From a virus (taxonomy: Duplodnaviria; Caudoviricetes): a DNA stretch of 64,000 nucleotides. The DNA lies in the IMG/VR virus record IMGVR_UViG_3300021387_001157, positions 64,001 to 128,000 of that record; one strand, written 5' to 3'. Below the pieces are notes generated by a model. The model did no database searches, was not told the origin of the DNA, and saw nothing but the letters and a program-made list of their open reading frames with translations. The position numbers were made by a program, and so were the translations under genes. Shown here one piece after another: positions 19,330 to 29,645 of this stretch (within the stretch, counting starts at the first letter, position 1; each line of letters begins with the position of its first letter).

Positions 19330-19743
19330 TTATTCATTGTTGTCGTAGAATATTTCGACTTTATCTTTTTTATTATCTTGTGGTCTGATGGTGGCGTATC
19401 CTAGACATTTCATCTTAACTGGGCACGTAATCCATTTCTCTTTCGTATATTTCACATCTGGAACCTCGTCTTCTGTCGGTTTGAATATATATTCAGAAAT
19501 CTTTTTTCTTCCGTGTTGAATTGGTTTGTACAACCAAGCCGTTGCACTTGAACCAGACCCATAATATGATAGGGCTTTGAAACAACCGGTGACAGAAGTT
19601 GACACACAGACTCTTTTTGTCTTTAAATCTTCACCATCGATAGTATTGTCTGGAACACGTGGATAAAATACTGTGTTATCATCCAACTTAAAAGAAGATA
19701 AGTGATAGAGTTTAACTGTTTTACTTGGCTTATACCTTCTCAT
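19330..19743 (-). CDS. Conserved phage protein (possible ART-like fold)
   Basis: LYHLS...FYPRVP...RVCVSTS..GC..AL...VPD...T.E.WI pattern. Confidence 0.55.
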   Translation of the reverse strand: MRRYKPSKTVKLYHLSSFKLDDNTVFYPRVPDNTIDGEDLKTKRVCVSTSVTGCFKALSYYGSGSSATAWLYKPIQHGRKKISEYIFKPTEDEVPDVKYTKEKWITCPVKMKCLGYATIRPQDNKKDKVEIFYDNNE

Positions 19744-19747
19744 GTTT

Positions 19748-20752
19748 TCAATTTTCGAAAATAACAGAGATTTTTTTCAAACATCTAACGGGTTTTCCAT
19801 TTTTGGTTCCAGGATTCCACTTGGGCATTAAATTGATTACTTGTTTTGCTGCATCACCACATCCGGCCCCGATGTCTTGCAATACCTTGGTACCAGAAAT
19901 TGTTCCATCCTTTTCTACTATTACAGAGACTATGACCTCACCGGATATGTTATATTGTCTTGCAAGTGGTGGATATTCTAGATTAGACTTGATAAACTTT
20001 TTTAATGCAACCGTCCCTCCGATAAATGTTGGATACTTGTCTGGGTTCTGACAGATTTCGTCTTTCGAAAAAAACGAAGAATCTTTTTCAACAACCATAG
20101 AGTCTGACGGACTTGTATATTCCATCTCAATAGAATCACTCTTGCTCATCTTTTCTTCCATATCCGTTTTAAACCTGTTTTTCTTGTAGATGAAAAACTC
20201 ACCGAGATAGTACAAGTCACTCTTATACATTTTTATCTTCTCAAACTTTGACGAAGATAGTTCTATGCACGTGTCTGCATCCTCCAAGTAAGGATAATCC
20301 TTATCTATCACAGAAGACGGAACTGGAGTTACCAATGAGTATCCAATTTTTATATTTACATCACTTTCAATATTATATGATGTGACAATCAAGTATTTAC
20401 GAAACTCTCCAAACTCACCGCTTTCATCGGATGAGACATAGTTGGCGATGGTTCTGCACATCAACACTGACGGTCGTTTTTCATAATCCACCTTTGATAT
20501 TTTGAATCCGGCATTCTTGGCGAATGATATGCTCTTTGTCATAGTGTCTGCAAACTGGTGCTGCAATTCTCTCCACCTGTCTTCTGATTTGTACCAGTCT
20601 ATGTTGCCTTGTTCGTATTTGCATTCATGTCTGTACTCGTCTAGAAAGTTGATTATACTTTCACGCTTTATGTTATCTAGGTATTCCTCCTTTGCCATAC
20701 ATGACACACAAAGGATGGATATAAGCATTGATATTAAAAAAATCTTTTTCAT
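19748..20752 (-). CDS. Exported (possibly lipo-) protein with C-terminal TonB_C domain
   Basis: Hydrophobic leader ending LCVSC; PTFIGG..AL..FI..NLEYP..A....ISGEV.V..IVEKDG.I...MPKWNPG..NGKPV. Confidence 0.8.
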   Translation of the reverse strand: MKKIFLISMLISILCVSCMAKEEYLDNIKRESIINFLDEYRHECKYEQGNIDWYKSEDRWRELQHQFADTMTKSISFAKNAGFKISKVDYEKRPSVLMCRTIANYVSSDESGEFGEFRKYLIVTSYNIESDVNIKIGYSLVTPVPSSVIDKDYPYLEDADTCIELSSSKFEKIKMYKSDLYYLGEFFIYKKNRFKTDMEEKMSKSDSIEMEYTSPSDSMVVEKDSSFFSKDEICQNPDKYPTFIGGTVALKKFIKSNLEYPPLARQYNISGEVIVSVIVEKDGTISGTKVLQDIGAGCGDAAKQVINLMPKWNPGTKNGKPVRCLKKISVIFEN

Positions 20753-20753
20753 T

Positions 20754-20950
20754 TTATTTTATGTTTAAAGTGATTGATAAACCGACAAAACATTTTACTG
20801 GTTTTTCTTCCACCGAACCAGGATTCCACTTTGGAATTGACTCTATAATCTTTTTGAAATTCTCCCAATATCCTCCACAATCCTTGATGACATTGACGTT
20901 TGAAACCTTTCCACGACGAGGGTTTAAAATAAAAGTTTACAGCAATTAAT
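20754..20950 (-). pseudogene. Remnant of a second TonB_C domain
   Basis: Start-less frame ...NPRRGKVSNVNVIKDCGGYWENFKKIIESIPKWNPGSVEEKPVKCFVGLSITLNIK*, similar to the C-terminus of 19748-20752. Confidence 0.65.
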
Positions 20951-22766
20951 ATGTTCCGTTTTCGTCAAATCGTTTCTCATACGAATTAGAGTCACCGATA
21001 ATAATATTGGTAGTTTCAATCAAATCGTTTACATCTTTTAGACGACCGTATGACTTCTTGGCATCGAAGATGTGTTTTACATTGGCGATGTGGAAACCTT
21101 CAGAACATTTCAATTCACTGTCAAATTCTGAATTAGGTTCTTGCACCCATATGTTAAACTCGATATTGTTATATGGGAATATATAGGGTTTGTGCTTGAC
21201 GTGTGGAATTTTTTTCTCGGGTTCTTGAGAAAACTTGAATTTTTCAGTTCCACCATACATCTCAGTAAACACACTTAGTTTATTTTCAAGTTCTTCGTCA
21301 CCTTTTATTACAATATCGATGTCGTGAATAAATCTTCCAACTGGAAGAAGTCCTTGTTTCAAGAGGGCGATACTTCCAGTGACCATCACGTTTTCCGGAG
21401 ATATTTTAAATCTTTGGATAAAGAATGTAAGATTTTTCAACATGAAGTCTGCATTTCTTTTTTGTGAGTCATAGAAGTTGTTCTTTGACTTTTCAATATC
21501 TTCCACCCTCTTTCTCTTGAAAAAGATGTTTCGAAAATATTTTGTGATATTTTTTACCCAATTTTCATCGACAGAATCACTGATGGTAGAATTTTTACAT
21601 TCGGTCTCCATCCTTTTCACCATGTCCGATAGATGTGAGTCAAGTTCAGAATACTTAAATTTACGTCTCCGGACATCGAGTAGGAAGTCACGGTCTATGT
21701 CGGTCCTGTCGAGTAAGAGTCCCTTACCTTGTGCTATCTCAATGCACATTGCCACATTTCGAAAACAATGGTACATATTCTTGACATCGTACTTGTATTC
21801 TGGGTCTTCTTGTTTTTCGGCAGCCATATTAGATTCGTAACGTGCCTTGTTACGTTTCTTCTTCCACTCCTCATACTCTTTGTACTTCCGACAGTGTGTG
21901 CCGTATCCGTCGGCATTGTATGTCATCATGCAGATTGGTTCTTCTTCTTTTTGTGTTGAACAAAGTCTGACGGTGTTCGACGTTCCGTCGTTGTTGATGA
22001 TTCCACAATGACCTCCGAAAGGTTTTTCTGTCATCTTTACGACATAGTCGACTATGTCAATGTATTCGGTCTGTTTTTGAAACCTATCCATAAAATGAGA
22101 AACTGCAGATTTACCAAAACTGGTTTGCTTGTTTATCTCATCACCCATATCGGAATTGGTTAGTCTTAGATGCTGACCGAAGTCATAGTACATCAAGTAA
22201 CAGTCTTTCATGTTCGTGAGGTTTGTAAGACCACAGCAATCTTGACGAAGACCGTTTCTTTTGAGCCAATCTTGGATATTTATACTTCCTTGACGACCAT
22301 CAAAGGTGAAACAAAAATCGAGTGGAGTCTTTCTCTCCATGTTCTCCATATCCCAATGGATTTTTTTTTCCTGTCCACGAGCTTTCCTTATCTGAGATGA
22401 AGCGTATTCACCGAATGGTTTGAAACACTTCTTCGTCAAAAATTTGGAACCTTTACTTCTGATAAGTTCCTTGAATAACGGATGCTCATATAGAATTTTA
22501 TCATCTGGGACGAAAAATGCCTCAAGTACTGCTGGGTTGGCGTTCATGGCAAGTTTCATGAATTTTCCGAGTTCCCACCATTTGTTGTCGTTCTTCTCAT
22601 CGGAGACTTCATCTTCGAAATCAAAATCGAAATTGTTGTCCATGATATAAACACCACCAGTATCTATATCTTCACTTCCATCTTTAAGATTTGTATTATA
22701 TAGTTGACTTCCTCTCACATATTCAAAGAGAAGAAGTCCTCTATTTCTTATATCTTCAAATGTCAT
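20946..22766 (-). CDS. Pol-beta-superfamily nucleotidyltransferase (RlaP/YcgL-like) with a second C-terminal NTase-like domain
   Basis: N-terminal RGSQLY..N....DIDTGGVY, NPAVLE, YDVKNMYHCFR; C-terminal VTGSIAL..QG.......DIDIVI. Confidence 0.75.
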   Translation of the reverse strand: MTFEDIRNRGLLLFEYVRGSQLYNTNLKDGSEDIDTGGVYIMDNNFDFDFEDEVSDEKNDNKWWELGKFMKLAMNANPAVLEAFFVPDDKILYEHPLFKELIRSKGSKFLTKKCFKPFGEYASSQIRKARGQEKKIHWDMENMERKTPLDFCFTFDGRQGSINIQDWLKRNGLRQDCCGLTNLTNMKDCYLMYYDFGQHLRLTNSDMGDEINKQTSFGKSAVSHFMDRFQKQTEYIDIVDYVVKMTEKPFGGHCGIINNDGTSNTVRLCSTQKEEEPICMMTYNADGYGTHCRKYKEYEEWKKKRNKARYESNMAAEKQEDPEYKYDVKNMYHCFRNVAMCIEIAQGKGLLLDRTDIDRDFLLDVRRRKFKYSELDSHLSDMVKRMETECKNSTISDSVDENWVKNITKYFRNIFFKRKRVEDIEKSKNNFYDSQKRNADFMLKNLTFFIQRFKISPENVMVTGSIALLKQGLLPVGRFIHDIDIVIKGDEELENKLSVFTEMYGGTEKFKFSQEPEKKIPHVKHKPYIFPYNNIEFNIWVQEPNSEFDSELKCSEGFHIANVKHIFDAKKSYGRLKDVNDLIETTNIIIGDSNSYEKRFDENGTY

Positions 22767-22770
22767 TGTC

Positions 22771-23205
22771 TTATTGTATTTGATTAATTAAAATATTTTT
22801 GAGTGTCTTTCTCATATTTGGAAAGTACCTGTCCAAGGTTAGTCCGTATGTGAATCCATCCATTTCGGTCAAGGTGTTTCCGTAGTTGTCGACGAATGTT
22901 GATGTACATTTCATCTTCTTTAAGTCAGGTGTATCTTCAAGTTCTATATAGAAGATGTGGAGGTCTTTATTCTGATTGTACTTTTGTCTTCCACAATCTT
23001 TAAAGAATTTAACATTCAAGTCTTTATACTCCAGACCAGTCTCTTCTTTCAATTCACGACATGCTGTCTCAAACGGGTCTTCACCATCTTCTACATGACC
23101 TTTTGGAATATCCCAAAAACCATTTTCTATTGGTTTTGCCGTAGGGTGACATTGGAGATATCCAATCGGTGTCTTTATAAGAAATCCGGCACTTAATTGT
23201 TTCAT
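22771..23205 (-). CDS. NUDIX hydrolase (T4 NudE-like)
   Basis: Nudix box WDIPKGHVEDGEDPFETACRELKEETGL. Confidence 0.9.
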   Translation of the reverse strand: MKQLSAGFLIKTPIGYLQCHPTAKPIENGFWDIPKGHVEDGEDPFETACRELKEETGLEYKDLNVKFFKDCGRQKYNQNKDLHIFYIELEDTPDLKKMKCTSTFVDNYGNTLTEMDGFTYGLTLDRYFPNMRKTLKNILINQIQ

Positions 23206-23570
23206 TATATATTTTTTACTTTTTCTAGTAATTTTTCATTTTTCAACTTTAGTCTCAGAATACTGAGAATAGTCATATAACATTTGTGAAACATTGGTGT
23301 TTCTCGGCGTTGTTTTCTCGTTGCATTAAGATAGGCAAGAATGACCCCAGCCTTTTCTTCGTCGAGAAACTTCATCATACCGGCTCTTCCCAACTGAACG
23401 GTTTTCTTGTACCATAGATATGGAAGTGGGTCGAGACCTAGGTGCATCCTTGAAATGTTGGAAGCATCCATTATATCCACAATCTCACTCCGCCACACTC
23501 TATGTAGATATGAGGTTTTCTTATGTCTTCTTTTAATGTTTTTCATTTTATGATTGCTGAATCTTTCCAA
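23205..23570 (-). CDS. Hypothetical basic protein
   Basis: 121-aa ORF. Confidence 0.55.
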   Translation of the reverse strand: MERFSNHKMKNIKRRHKKTSYLHRVWRSEIVDIMDASNISRMHLGLDPLPYLWYKKTVQLGRAGMMKFLDEEKAGVILAYLNATRKQRRETPMFHKCYMTILSILRLKLKNEKLLEKVKNI

Positions 23571-23809
23571 ATTAACTCAGGAGTCAAATTTAGTTCGTTT
23601 TGAGTCCAATAAGGAATGACTGTGACTATTTGTATAGCTTCGAGTTTGTTTTGGTCAAGCTCAAAATCAACACGTATATCTACTACCTCATTAAGACCAC
23701 CCCAAAAGTTGAAGAGTTCGCCTTTTTTAAATACCCAATCGGTTTCAAACTGACCGACAATTCTGGTGTTATTTTCATAATCTTTCCATCTAAACTGTAC
23801 TGTACTCAT
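23543..23809 (-). CDS. Hypothetical protein
   Basis: Likely ATG at 23809 (MSTVQ), 13 nt after a class II motif. Confidence 0.6.
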   Translation of the reverse strand: MSTVQFRWKDYENNTRIVGQFETDWVFKKGELFNFWGGLNEVVDIRVDFELDQNKLEAIQIVTVIPYWTQNELNLTPELIWKDSAIIK

Positions 23810-23853
23810 ATCTTTTTTTTTCAAAGATACTATTATTTTTTTTTGAAAAAAAA

Positions 23854-24819
23854 TTATTTTCTCAATTTTATATTTCTCCCGTATGTTTTTTCGAAATATT
23901 CTTTGTTTTGTTTCGTTGTTTGGAAGTTAAGTCTTTCATAATTTGTGAAGACAAAATTAATTATTTTGTCATCATTTATTATTCTATTGAAATATCTTTT
24001 TTCACTACAAGTGTATGGTAAGATAATCTCTTGCTTGTATTCACTTTTTTTTCCAAAATTTATTTGAATATTGAATACTTTATAAATGTCACTCATCAGA
24101 GAAAACATTCCGTTGTTTATTGCAACATATCCTTCATTGTGTGTAGTCGTTGTTGAGTAATTGTCTTTCAATGTGCTTTCTATGTTTGCAAATCTTGTTT
24201 CGACATCAATCAAATTTGTTCCGTTGATATACAACATGTCGAATATTTTTTTACATAGTGAATTTTCAGGCAAGTCTTTTTTCATCCTCTCAATCCAATC
24301 GATTGCATTAGACATATACATATTGAAACATCTCAATATACCATCACCACGATATATTAAGTCCAGAAGTGTCATTTCATTTTTTATAACACAGTTCAAG
24401 TCTATGTCATTAAACACAATGTTGTTCTTTTCGAAAGAATATAGGAGATATATGAATGTGCTGTAAGGAAATTTTTGTGTAAAGGTTTTTTGTGTTATGC
24501 CGAAGTCACGATTCGGGTTAAACATCAGCGGGTCGTTGTTTATGTCAATAAAATCTATTATGTGTTGGTCTAAACACACAAATTGTCTGTTGTTTCTTCT
24601 TATCACATAATAATCGACATAAATCAAGTCGTCTATTTTGATTAAACTTTTGTCTTTTAGATAATATATCTTATCGTTTGAAGAGTTGAACCCTACAACG
24701 TTATATTTTGTTTCCGGAAATGCTTTAGTTATTAATGCTGTTGACAAAAAACCGTCCAAGTCTATGTTTGTATGTAAAAGATTTCTTTTTCTTATCTCTG
24801 TTATAATTCCATCTTCCAT
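23854..24819 (-). CDS. Hypothetical protein, DHH-phosphoesterase-like N-terminus
   Basis: HTNIDLDGFLS, IYVD, CLDQH resemble DHH motifs I-III; very AT-rich. Confidence 0.45.
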   Translation of the reverse strand: MEDGIITEIRKRNLLHTNIDLDGFLSTALITKAFPETKYNVVGFNSSNDKIYYLKDKSLIKIDDLIYVDYYVIRRNNRQFVCLDQHIIDFIDINNDPLMFNPNRDFGITQKTFTQKFPYSTFIYLLYSFEKNNIVFNDIDLNCVIKNEMTLLDLIYRGDGILRCFNMYMSNAIDWIERMKKDLPENSLCKKIFDMLYINGTNLIDVETRFANIESTLKDNYSTTTTHNEGYVAINNGMFSLMSDIYKVFNIQINFGKKSEYKQEIILPYTCSEKRYFNRIINDDKIINFVFTNYERLNFQTTKQNKEYFEKTYGRNIKLRK

Positions 24820-24822
24820 AAT

Positions 24823-26010
24823 TTATTTGATTTCGAAAATATCTTTCATTTTTTCAATGAGGTCTAGGTCTTCCCAAGGGAAGTATTTTATTCCGTTTTT
24901 TACATAACTTTTTCTTCCGAAGTGACCGTACTTTGCAGTCTCAAGATAGATTGGATTGAGAAGTTGTAGTTTCTCGATGATACCTTTTGGTGTGAAATCT
25001 AAATTCTTACGAAGTCTGTCTGCAATCTCTTCATCACTCAAACCGATGTTACATGTTCCATTGGTATTCACAAAGATTGAGATGGGTTGTGCTATGCCGA
25101 TTGCATACGACACTTGGATTGTAACCTCGTCTGCAATTCCGGCAGCGACAAGGTTCTTGGCGATATATCTGCAAAAGTATGCAGCACTTCTATCTACTTT
25201 GGATGGGTCTTTACCTGAGAACGCTCCCCCACCATGAGGGCATCTACCACCATAGGTGTCGACGATAATTTTACGACCAGTTAATCCAGTATCACCATGA
25301 GGACCACCTATAACGAATCTACCGGTTGGGTTTATATACAATTTATAATCATCGAAAAGGTCTGATACCAAAGATGGTACATCCCTTCGTACAATAAGAA
25401 TTGCTTCTTGTATCCATTCTCCGAGACTTTCAATAGAAAGTTTAGGAGAATGTTGTTGGGAGATTATAATTGTATCAATTTTTACAGGTTTGTTGTTATC
25501 GTCATATTCTATTGTGACTTGTGATTTTGCATCTGGGCGTAATCCGATTTCTGGATAGTTACGTCTCAATATCTCCATTGTTTGGAGAAGTTTATGTGAT
25601 AACATTATCTCAAGTGGCATATACTCTATTCCATCCTTGATAGCATATCCGAACATTATACCTTGGTCTCCGGCACCTTGGTTTGGTTTGTTTACACCCA
25701 TGGCGATGTCTGGTGACTGCTCGTGTATTGTGTTTATGACGGCACATGAATGTCCGTCGAAGTAGAGGTCTCCGTTGTCATATCCGATGTCTATGATTGT
25801 GTCTCTTACAGTTTTCTGTATATCGACATAACTGGTTGTAGTTACTTCACCGGAGACTATGGCGAGACCTGTTGTCACGAGTGTTTCACAAGCCACGTGG
25901 GCGTTTTTGTCTTGTTTCAACATTTCATCAAGTATTGCATCCGATATTTGGTCAGCAACCTTGTCCGGATGACCGGATGAAACAGATTCTGAAGTAAAAA
26001 ATTTTGTCAT
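24823..26010 (-). CDS. metK: S-adenosylmethionine synthetase
   Basis: [67 protein letters not shown]. Confidence 0.97.
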   Translation of the reverse strand: MTKFFTSESVSSGHPDKVADQISDAILDEMLKQDKNAHVACETLVTTGLAIVSGEVTTTSYVDIQKTVRDTIIDIGYDNGDLYFDGHSCAVINTIHEQSPDIAMGVNKPNQGAGDQGIMFGYAIKDGIEYMPLEIMLSHKLLQTMEILRRNYPEIGLRPDAKSQVTIEYDDNNKPVKIDTIIISQQHSPKLSIESLGEWIQEAILIVRRDVPSLVSDLFDDYKLYINPTGRFVIGGPHGDTGLTGRKIIVDTYGGRCPHGGGAFSGKDPSKVDRSAAYFCRYIAKNLVAAGIADEVTIQVSYAIGIAQPISIFVNTNGTCNIGLSDEEIADRLRKNLDFTPKGIIEKLQLLNPIYLETAKYGHFGRKSYVKNGIKYFPWEDLDLIEKMKDIFEIK

Positions 26011-26192
26011 TATTCTTTATGTGGTTTTATTTCATACACATCGTCAGAGCAATCCTCATAAGATTCCTTTATCTTCTGATGTTTTACTTTTTTGGCCTCA
26101 GAGTGTGATTCGAAAGTACAGACGTATATTCCGTTTTCAAATAAATCATACCATTTTGGTTTATAGAGTTCTTGTTTTTCTTCTTTAGTCAT
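26010..26192 (-). CDS. Hypothetical protein
   Basis: Likely start MTKEEKQ at 26192. Confidence 0.5.
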   Translation of the reverse strand: MTKEEKQELYKPKWYDLFENGIYVCTFESHSEAKKVKHQKIKESYEDCSDDVYEIKPHKE

Positions 26193-26466
26193 TTGTGTTG
26201 TTTTCGTTAGAGATGTGATAAAGACCATCATCACCCTTGAATAGATAGCGACTGTCGTGTTCCTTCGGGAATAATACCGAATTTGAAGACACGTTGTCTA
26301 GATATGAAATACCCCAATGTTCCTCATTGAGATTACGTCCGGCTATCATAAGGACCAACTGATGAAGGTCACTCCATCTTTGTGGACCGTTTGCTGCAAC
26401 AAAGTTGCAAAGAATTCTATGAATATTGTGTTTCTGTCTCATTTTAAATATGGTGTTATATTCCAA
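26185..26466 (-). CDS. Hypothetical protein
   Basis: 93-aa ORF. Confidence 0.55.
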   Translation of the reverse strand: MEYNTIFKMRQKHNIHRILCNFVAANGPQRWSDLHQLVLMIAGRNLNEEHWGISYLDNVSSNSVLFPKEHDSRYLFKGDDGLYHISNENNTND

Positions 26467-26742
26467 CTATTTTTTGATATTTTTAAAAATTTTCCAGTAT
26501 CTTTATCCAATACTTTTAAATCCGGAGTCATGTAACTTGGTTTGTATAATATATTCAAATTATACCTAATAGTTTTTAATTCAAATATATTATAGTCACC
26601 TTTTCTACCAATATACTTAATATTTTCAATGTTTTTGAAAATCTCAGTCCAAACTTTGTCGTTCTTTCTTTAAGTTTAATAGGTAGAAGGTTGTCGCTAA
26701 TAATAATACTATAATAATTACAAATAACACTTCAACCTCCTT

Positions 26743-27087
26743 TTATAAAGTGATTATCGAACAGAGAGTAAAAGTGCTTGTTGTATGACGACGAACCCTC
26801 TCTTCCATGTCTCGAAATTCTTTTCCGAAAGGACATTCTGCACATTTCATCTGATAAAAATATTGTTTGATGGTATCTTTTGAAATTTGAACATCTTTCA
26901 CAGAATTTGAATTGTCGTTGTACGTGTCGAGCTCTTTTTGATGTTTTTCAGCAAGTGCTTTATCTGTATAGTGTTTCCCATCTGAAGTTTCAAATTCTAT
27001 GAAAACTTCTACATCGGATAATTCAAATTCATTGAATAGTTTCAAATCTTTATTTTCAAGTGTTATTTTTGTTTTAATTGTTCCCAT
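26743..27087 (-). CDS. Hypothetical protein
   Basis: 114-aa ORF, FETSDGK.Y....A..HQ and CxxC. Confidence 0.6.
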   Translation of the reverse strand: MGTIKTKITLENKDLKLFNEFELSDVEVFIEFETSDGKHYTDKALAEKHQKELDTYNDNSNSVKDVQISKDTIKQYFYQMKCAECPFGKEFRDMEERVRRHTTSTFTLCSIITL

Positions 27088-27094
27088 GTTATTT

Positions 27095-27547
27095 TTATTT
27101 TAGTTTTTTTATCATATAATGTTCATTATCAGAATGATTGTAACCCATTTGTTCCCAAAATTTTTTTGAGATTCCGTAGTCATCTTCTTCGTCACGATGC
27201 TGTAAGATAATGTAATCTACTGGAGTTTTTTCTAGAGTTTTTTCTATACACTCTATCATCAATCTACCGTATCCTTGATGTTTTAATTTTATTGACACTT
27301 CAAATGCCTCAATATACATACAATATTTGGATAATGGAATTTTGATATTGGTAAGAAACATCGAAGTGAAGAAAAAATCAAACTTTTCAATCATTATGCT
27401 TACCCCACCAACAAAATGTCCATTTTCGTTATAGAACTCTATCTTTTTACGTTTGTCTGAATTGACACCGTTGAACAAGACTTCTGGACATTTATATATA
27501 GCTTCCAATGAAAACGTGTCAACTATTTTTGGATAAATTTTCATCAC
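27095..27547 (-). CDS. GNAT acetyltransferase
   Basis: Acetyl-CoA motif HQGYGRLMI and FWEQMGY. Confidence 0.75.
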   Translation of the reverse strand: MMKIYPKIVDTFSLEAIYKCPEVLFNGVNSDKRKKIEFYNENGHFVGGVSIMIEKFDFFFTSMFLTNIKIPLSKYCMYIEAFEVSIKLKHQGYGRLMIECIEKTLEKTPVDYIILQHRDEEDDYGISKKFWEQMGYNHSDNEHYMIKKLK

Positions 27548-28371
27548 TCATCTATTAAGTCTTTTTCACGAAGCATTTCGTAGCACTTTCTTACGTCAAG
27601 TTTGTATCTAGATTTGTATTCAGTTCCTCCGTAGTAGTCATTTTCCTCGAAATTATCAATTTCAACACACTCACTGAAAATTCTCTTGTATTGGATGAAT
27701 GAAATGTTCGGGCATACATTCTCCAAAAGTTTGTCGAAATCGGTGAACTCTGGTTGCTCATCCGGTTCTATATCACCATGATTTCCCCAACAGTCTCCCC
27801 ACTCACCTCCACGAGACCAGTCGTCACTGTAATAATACTTATCCTCTTGGTCCCAACTTTTGTCAATCAGTGGTTGGAAGTAGAAATCCCAGTTTCCGTT
27901 AGTGAAGACATATCTGTGTTTGAACGAAAGATGCACATTTTTGTCCATATTATAGACAAATCTTCTTATCCTGCACTCATCAACTTCCTCGAATGGAATA
28001 TTGTTGATTGTTACAGAAACGTTTCTTCCATCGGCTCTACGAATGATGTTTTCACGGCAAGCATCTCTGTCTTTGTTCCAGTAGACAATAGTCAAATCGT
28101 GTCGAGCACCACCACATTTTTCAAAAAAGTCGTGGGTTTCCTTTATGATGTCTTCTAGTTTTTTTTGTGTTGTGATAAGTGAGTCTATCACCAGGTCGTG
28201 TTTGAAGACACCCTTCAAACCGGATAAGACTTCACTGATTGGTTTGTACTTTCCATCAACAATGTAGTCGTCCATATGCACAATAGAAGTCCAGTTGTTC
28301 TCTAATCTTTTCGTATAGAACGTTTTTCCACTACCCGGCAGACCGTATAATATTGTTATATTTCTCGGCAT
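27544..28371 (-). CDS. Polynucleotide-kinase-like P-loop (AAA_33) fused to an unknown C-terminal domain
   Basis: ILYGLPGSGKT, LVIDS, C.EN..RR lid. Confidence 0.65.
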   Translation of the reverse strand: MPRNITILYGLPGSGKTFYTKRLENNWTSIVHMDDYIVDGKYKPISEVLSGLKGVFKHDLVIDSLITTQKKLEDIIKETHDFFEKCGGARHDLTIVYWNKDRDACRENIIRRADGRNVSVTINNIPFEEVDECRIRRFVYNMDKNVHLSFKHRYVFTNGNWDFYFQPLIDKSWDQEDKYYYSDDWSRGGEWGDCWGNHGDIEPDEQPEFTDFDKLLENVCPNISFIQYKRIFSECVEIDNFEENDYYGGTEYKSRYKLDVRKCYEMLREKDLIDE

Positions 28372-28373
28372 AA

Positions 28374-29594
28374 TTATTCCTCCTTTTCTGCTTTCTTTTC
28401 TTTTATAACTTCAATACACTTCTCAAGGAAGTTAATGTGTTGGTCATAATCAACATCTTGACGATAGTAGTTTGTGACACCCCAAGTCAATTCAAGAATA
28501 TGGAGACCATCTAGTAGAGCTGCTGTCTCAACAACTTCTTTCATATACTCAGGTTTAAGGTGTTCTTCATAAAATCCGAACTGTGAAAGGATGCAGTTGT
28601 TCATACCAAGTCCATCTCTGTAATGGAATAGACCATTACTATAACAATGTCGTCTGAACGTATATCTATCTTCACTTATTGATGGTCTGATGAAGTCAAA
28701 CATCTCAAGTTCTTTACTTTTTTCCTCTTTTGTTTTCTTTTTGTAGTCTTCAATCAAGTCTTTAACCATCTCTTCTGTGAATACACCGTTTTTACCGGTT
28801 GTCCCAATAAATGAACGATAGTAGTTAAATAACATTTTCTCACGTTTTTCAAAATTCATCAAATCACACTCTTTCTTGAAGATACTTTCGAAAAATGTTT
28901 CCTCGAATTCCTCTGGAACACCACATCCGATTTTTTCACAAAGTTGTGCAAGGGTGTGGGAGGTCTTTGTCATATCACCAAAATCGTTTTCCAACCACAC
29001 ATAGCATCTTTCCTTTAATGTGGGTAATGTGTCGTGTTCCCATCTGATGACTGGGTAGTTGTTTTCTTCACCAAGTTTGTTCTCTCTGTAACCGAGAGAT
29101 TCTATGTACTCGTGTGGAATTCTCCAGAAATATCTGTCTTTCTTCTTGGGGTTTGCAATAGAAACAATATGGTCAAAGATTTTCTCGTGCTCCATAATGT
29201 ATGTCAGAGTTAATTCAGTATCTGTATAACCGCTGTGGTCCAAAATGGTTTTGAGAACTTCTTTTGCAATCTCGTTCTCATTTTCCATCTGGTCTTCACA
29301 ACCACAACACGTTCTCTCGGCGAGGTCAACGAGTTTTGTTGTTTCCATACTGAAGAACTTTTCGAGTTCATCTATTGCCGGTGTTCTGTCAATGTTTTCT
29401 ATACCACCATAGTCATTGTACTCACCTCTGATTGGAACTGAGATTGGTACAAATGAATGACCAGGTGAAAAGTCATCAAGTTCTTGACCGATATTTGTTT
29501 TCTTAGTTGGTCTTACACCGACAATCACAACAATTCTGTCACCATAAGTTATAGGCAGGTTTGAAAAATTTCCTTTGTGGTTAAAACATCCCAT
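28374..29594 (-). CDS. Conserved large-phage hypothetical protein
   Basis: MGCFN....SNLPI..GD...PI.GEYNDYG.IE pattern; preceded by a class II motif. Confidence 0.7.
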   Translation of the reverse strand: MGCFNHKGNFSNLPITYGDRIVVIVGVRPTKKTNIGQELDDFSPGHSFVPISVPIRGEYNDYGGIENIDRTPAIDELEKFFSMETTKLVDLAERTCCGCEDQMENENEIAKEVLKTILDHSGYTDTELTLTYIMEHEKIFDHIVSIANPKKKDRYFWRIPHEYIESLGYRENKLGEENNYPVIRWEHDTLPTLKERCYVWLENDFGDMTKTSHTLAQLCEKIGCGVPEEFEETFFESIFKKECDLMNFEKREKMLFNYYRSFIGTTGKNGVFTEEMVKDLIEDYKKKTKEEKSKELEMFDFIRPSISEDRYTFRRHCYSNGLFHYRDGLGMNNCILSQFGFYEEHLKPEYMKEVVETAALLDGLHILELTWGVTNYYRQDVDYDQHINFLEKCIEVIKEKKAEKEE

Positions 29595-29645
29595 ATTATA
29601 TTTTTTTCTAAAAGATACTATTTTTATTTGAAAAAAAAAACAAAA

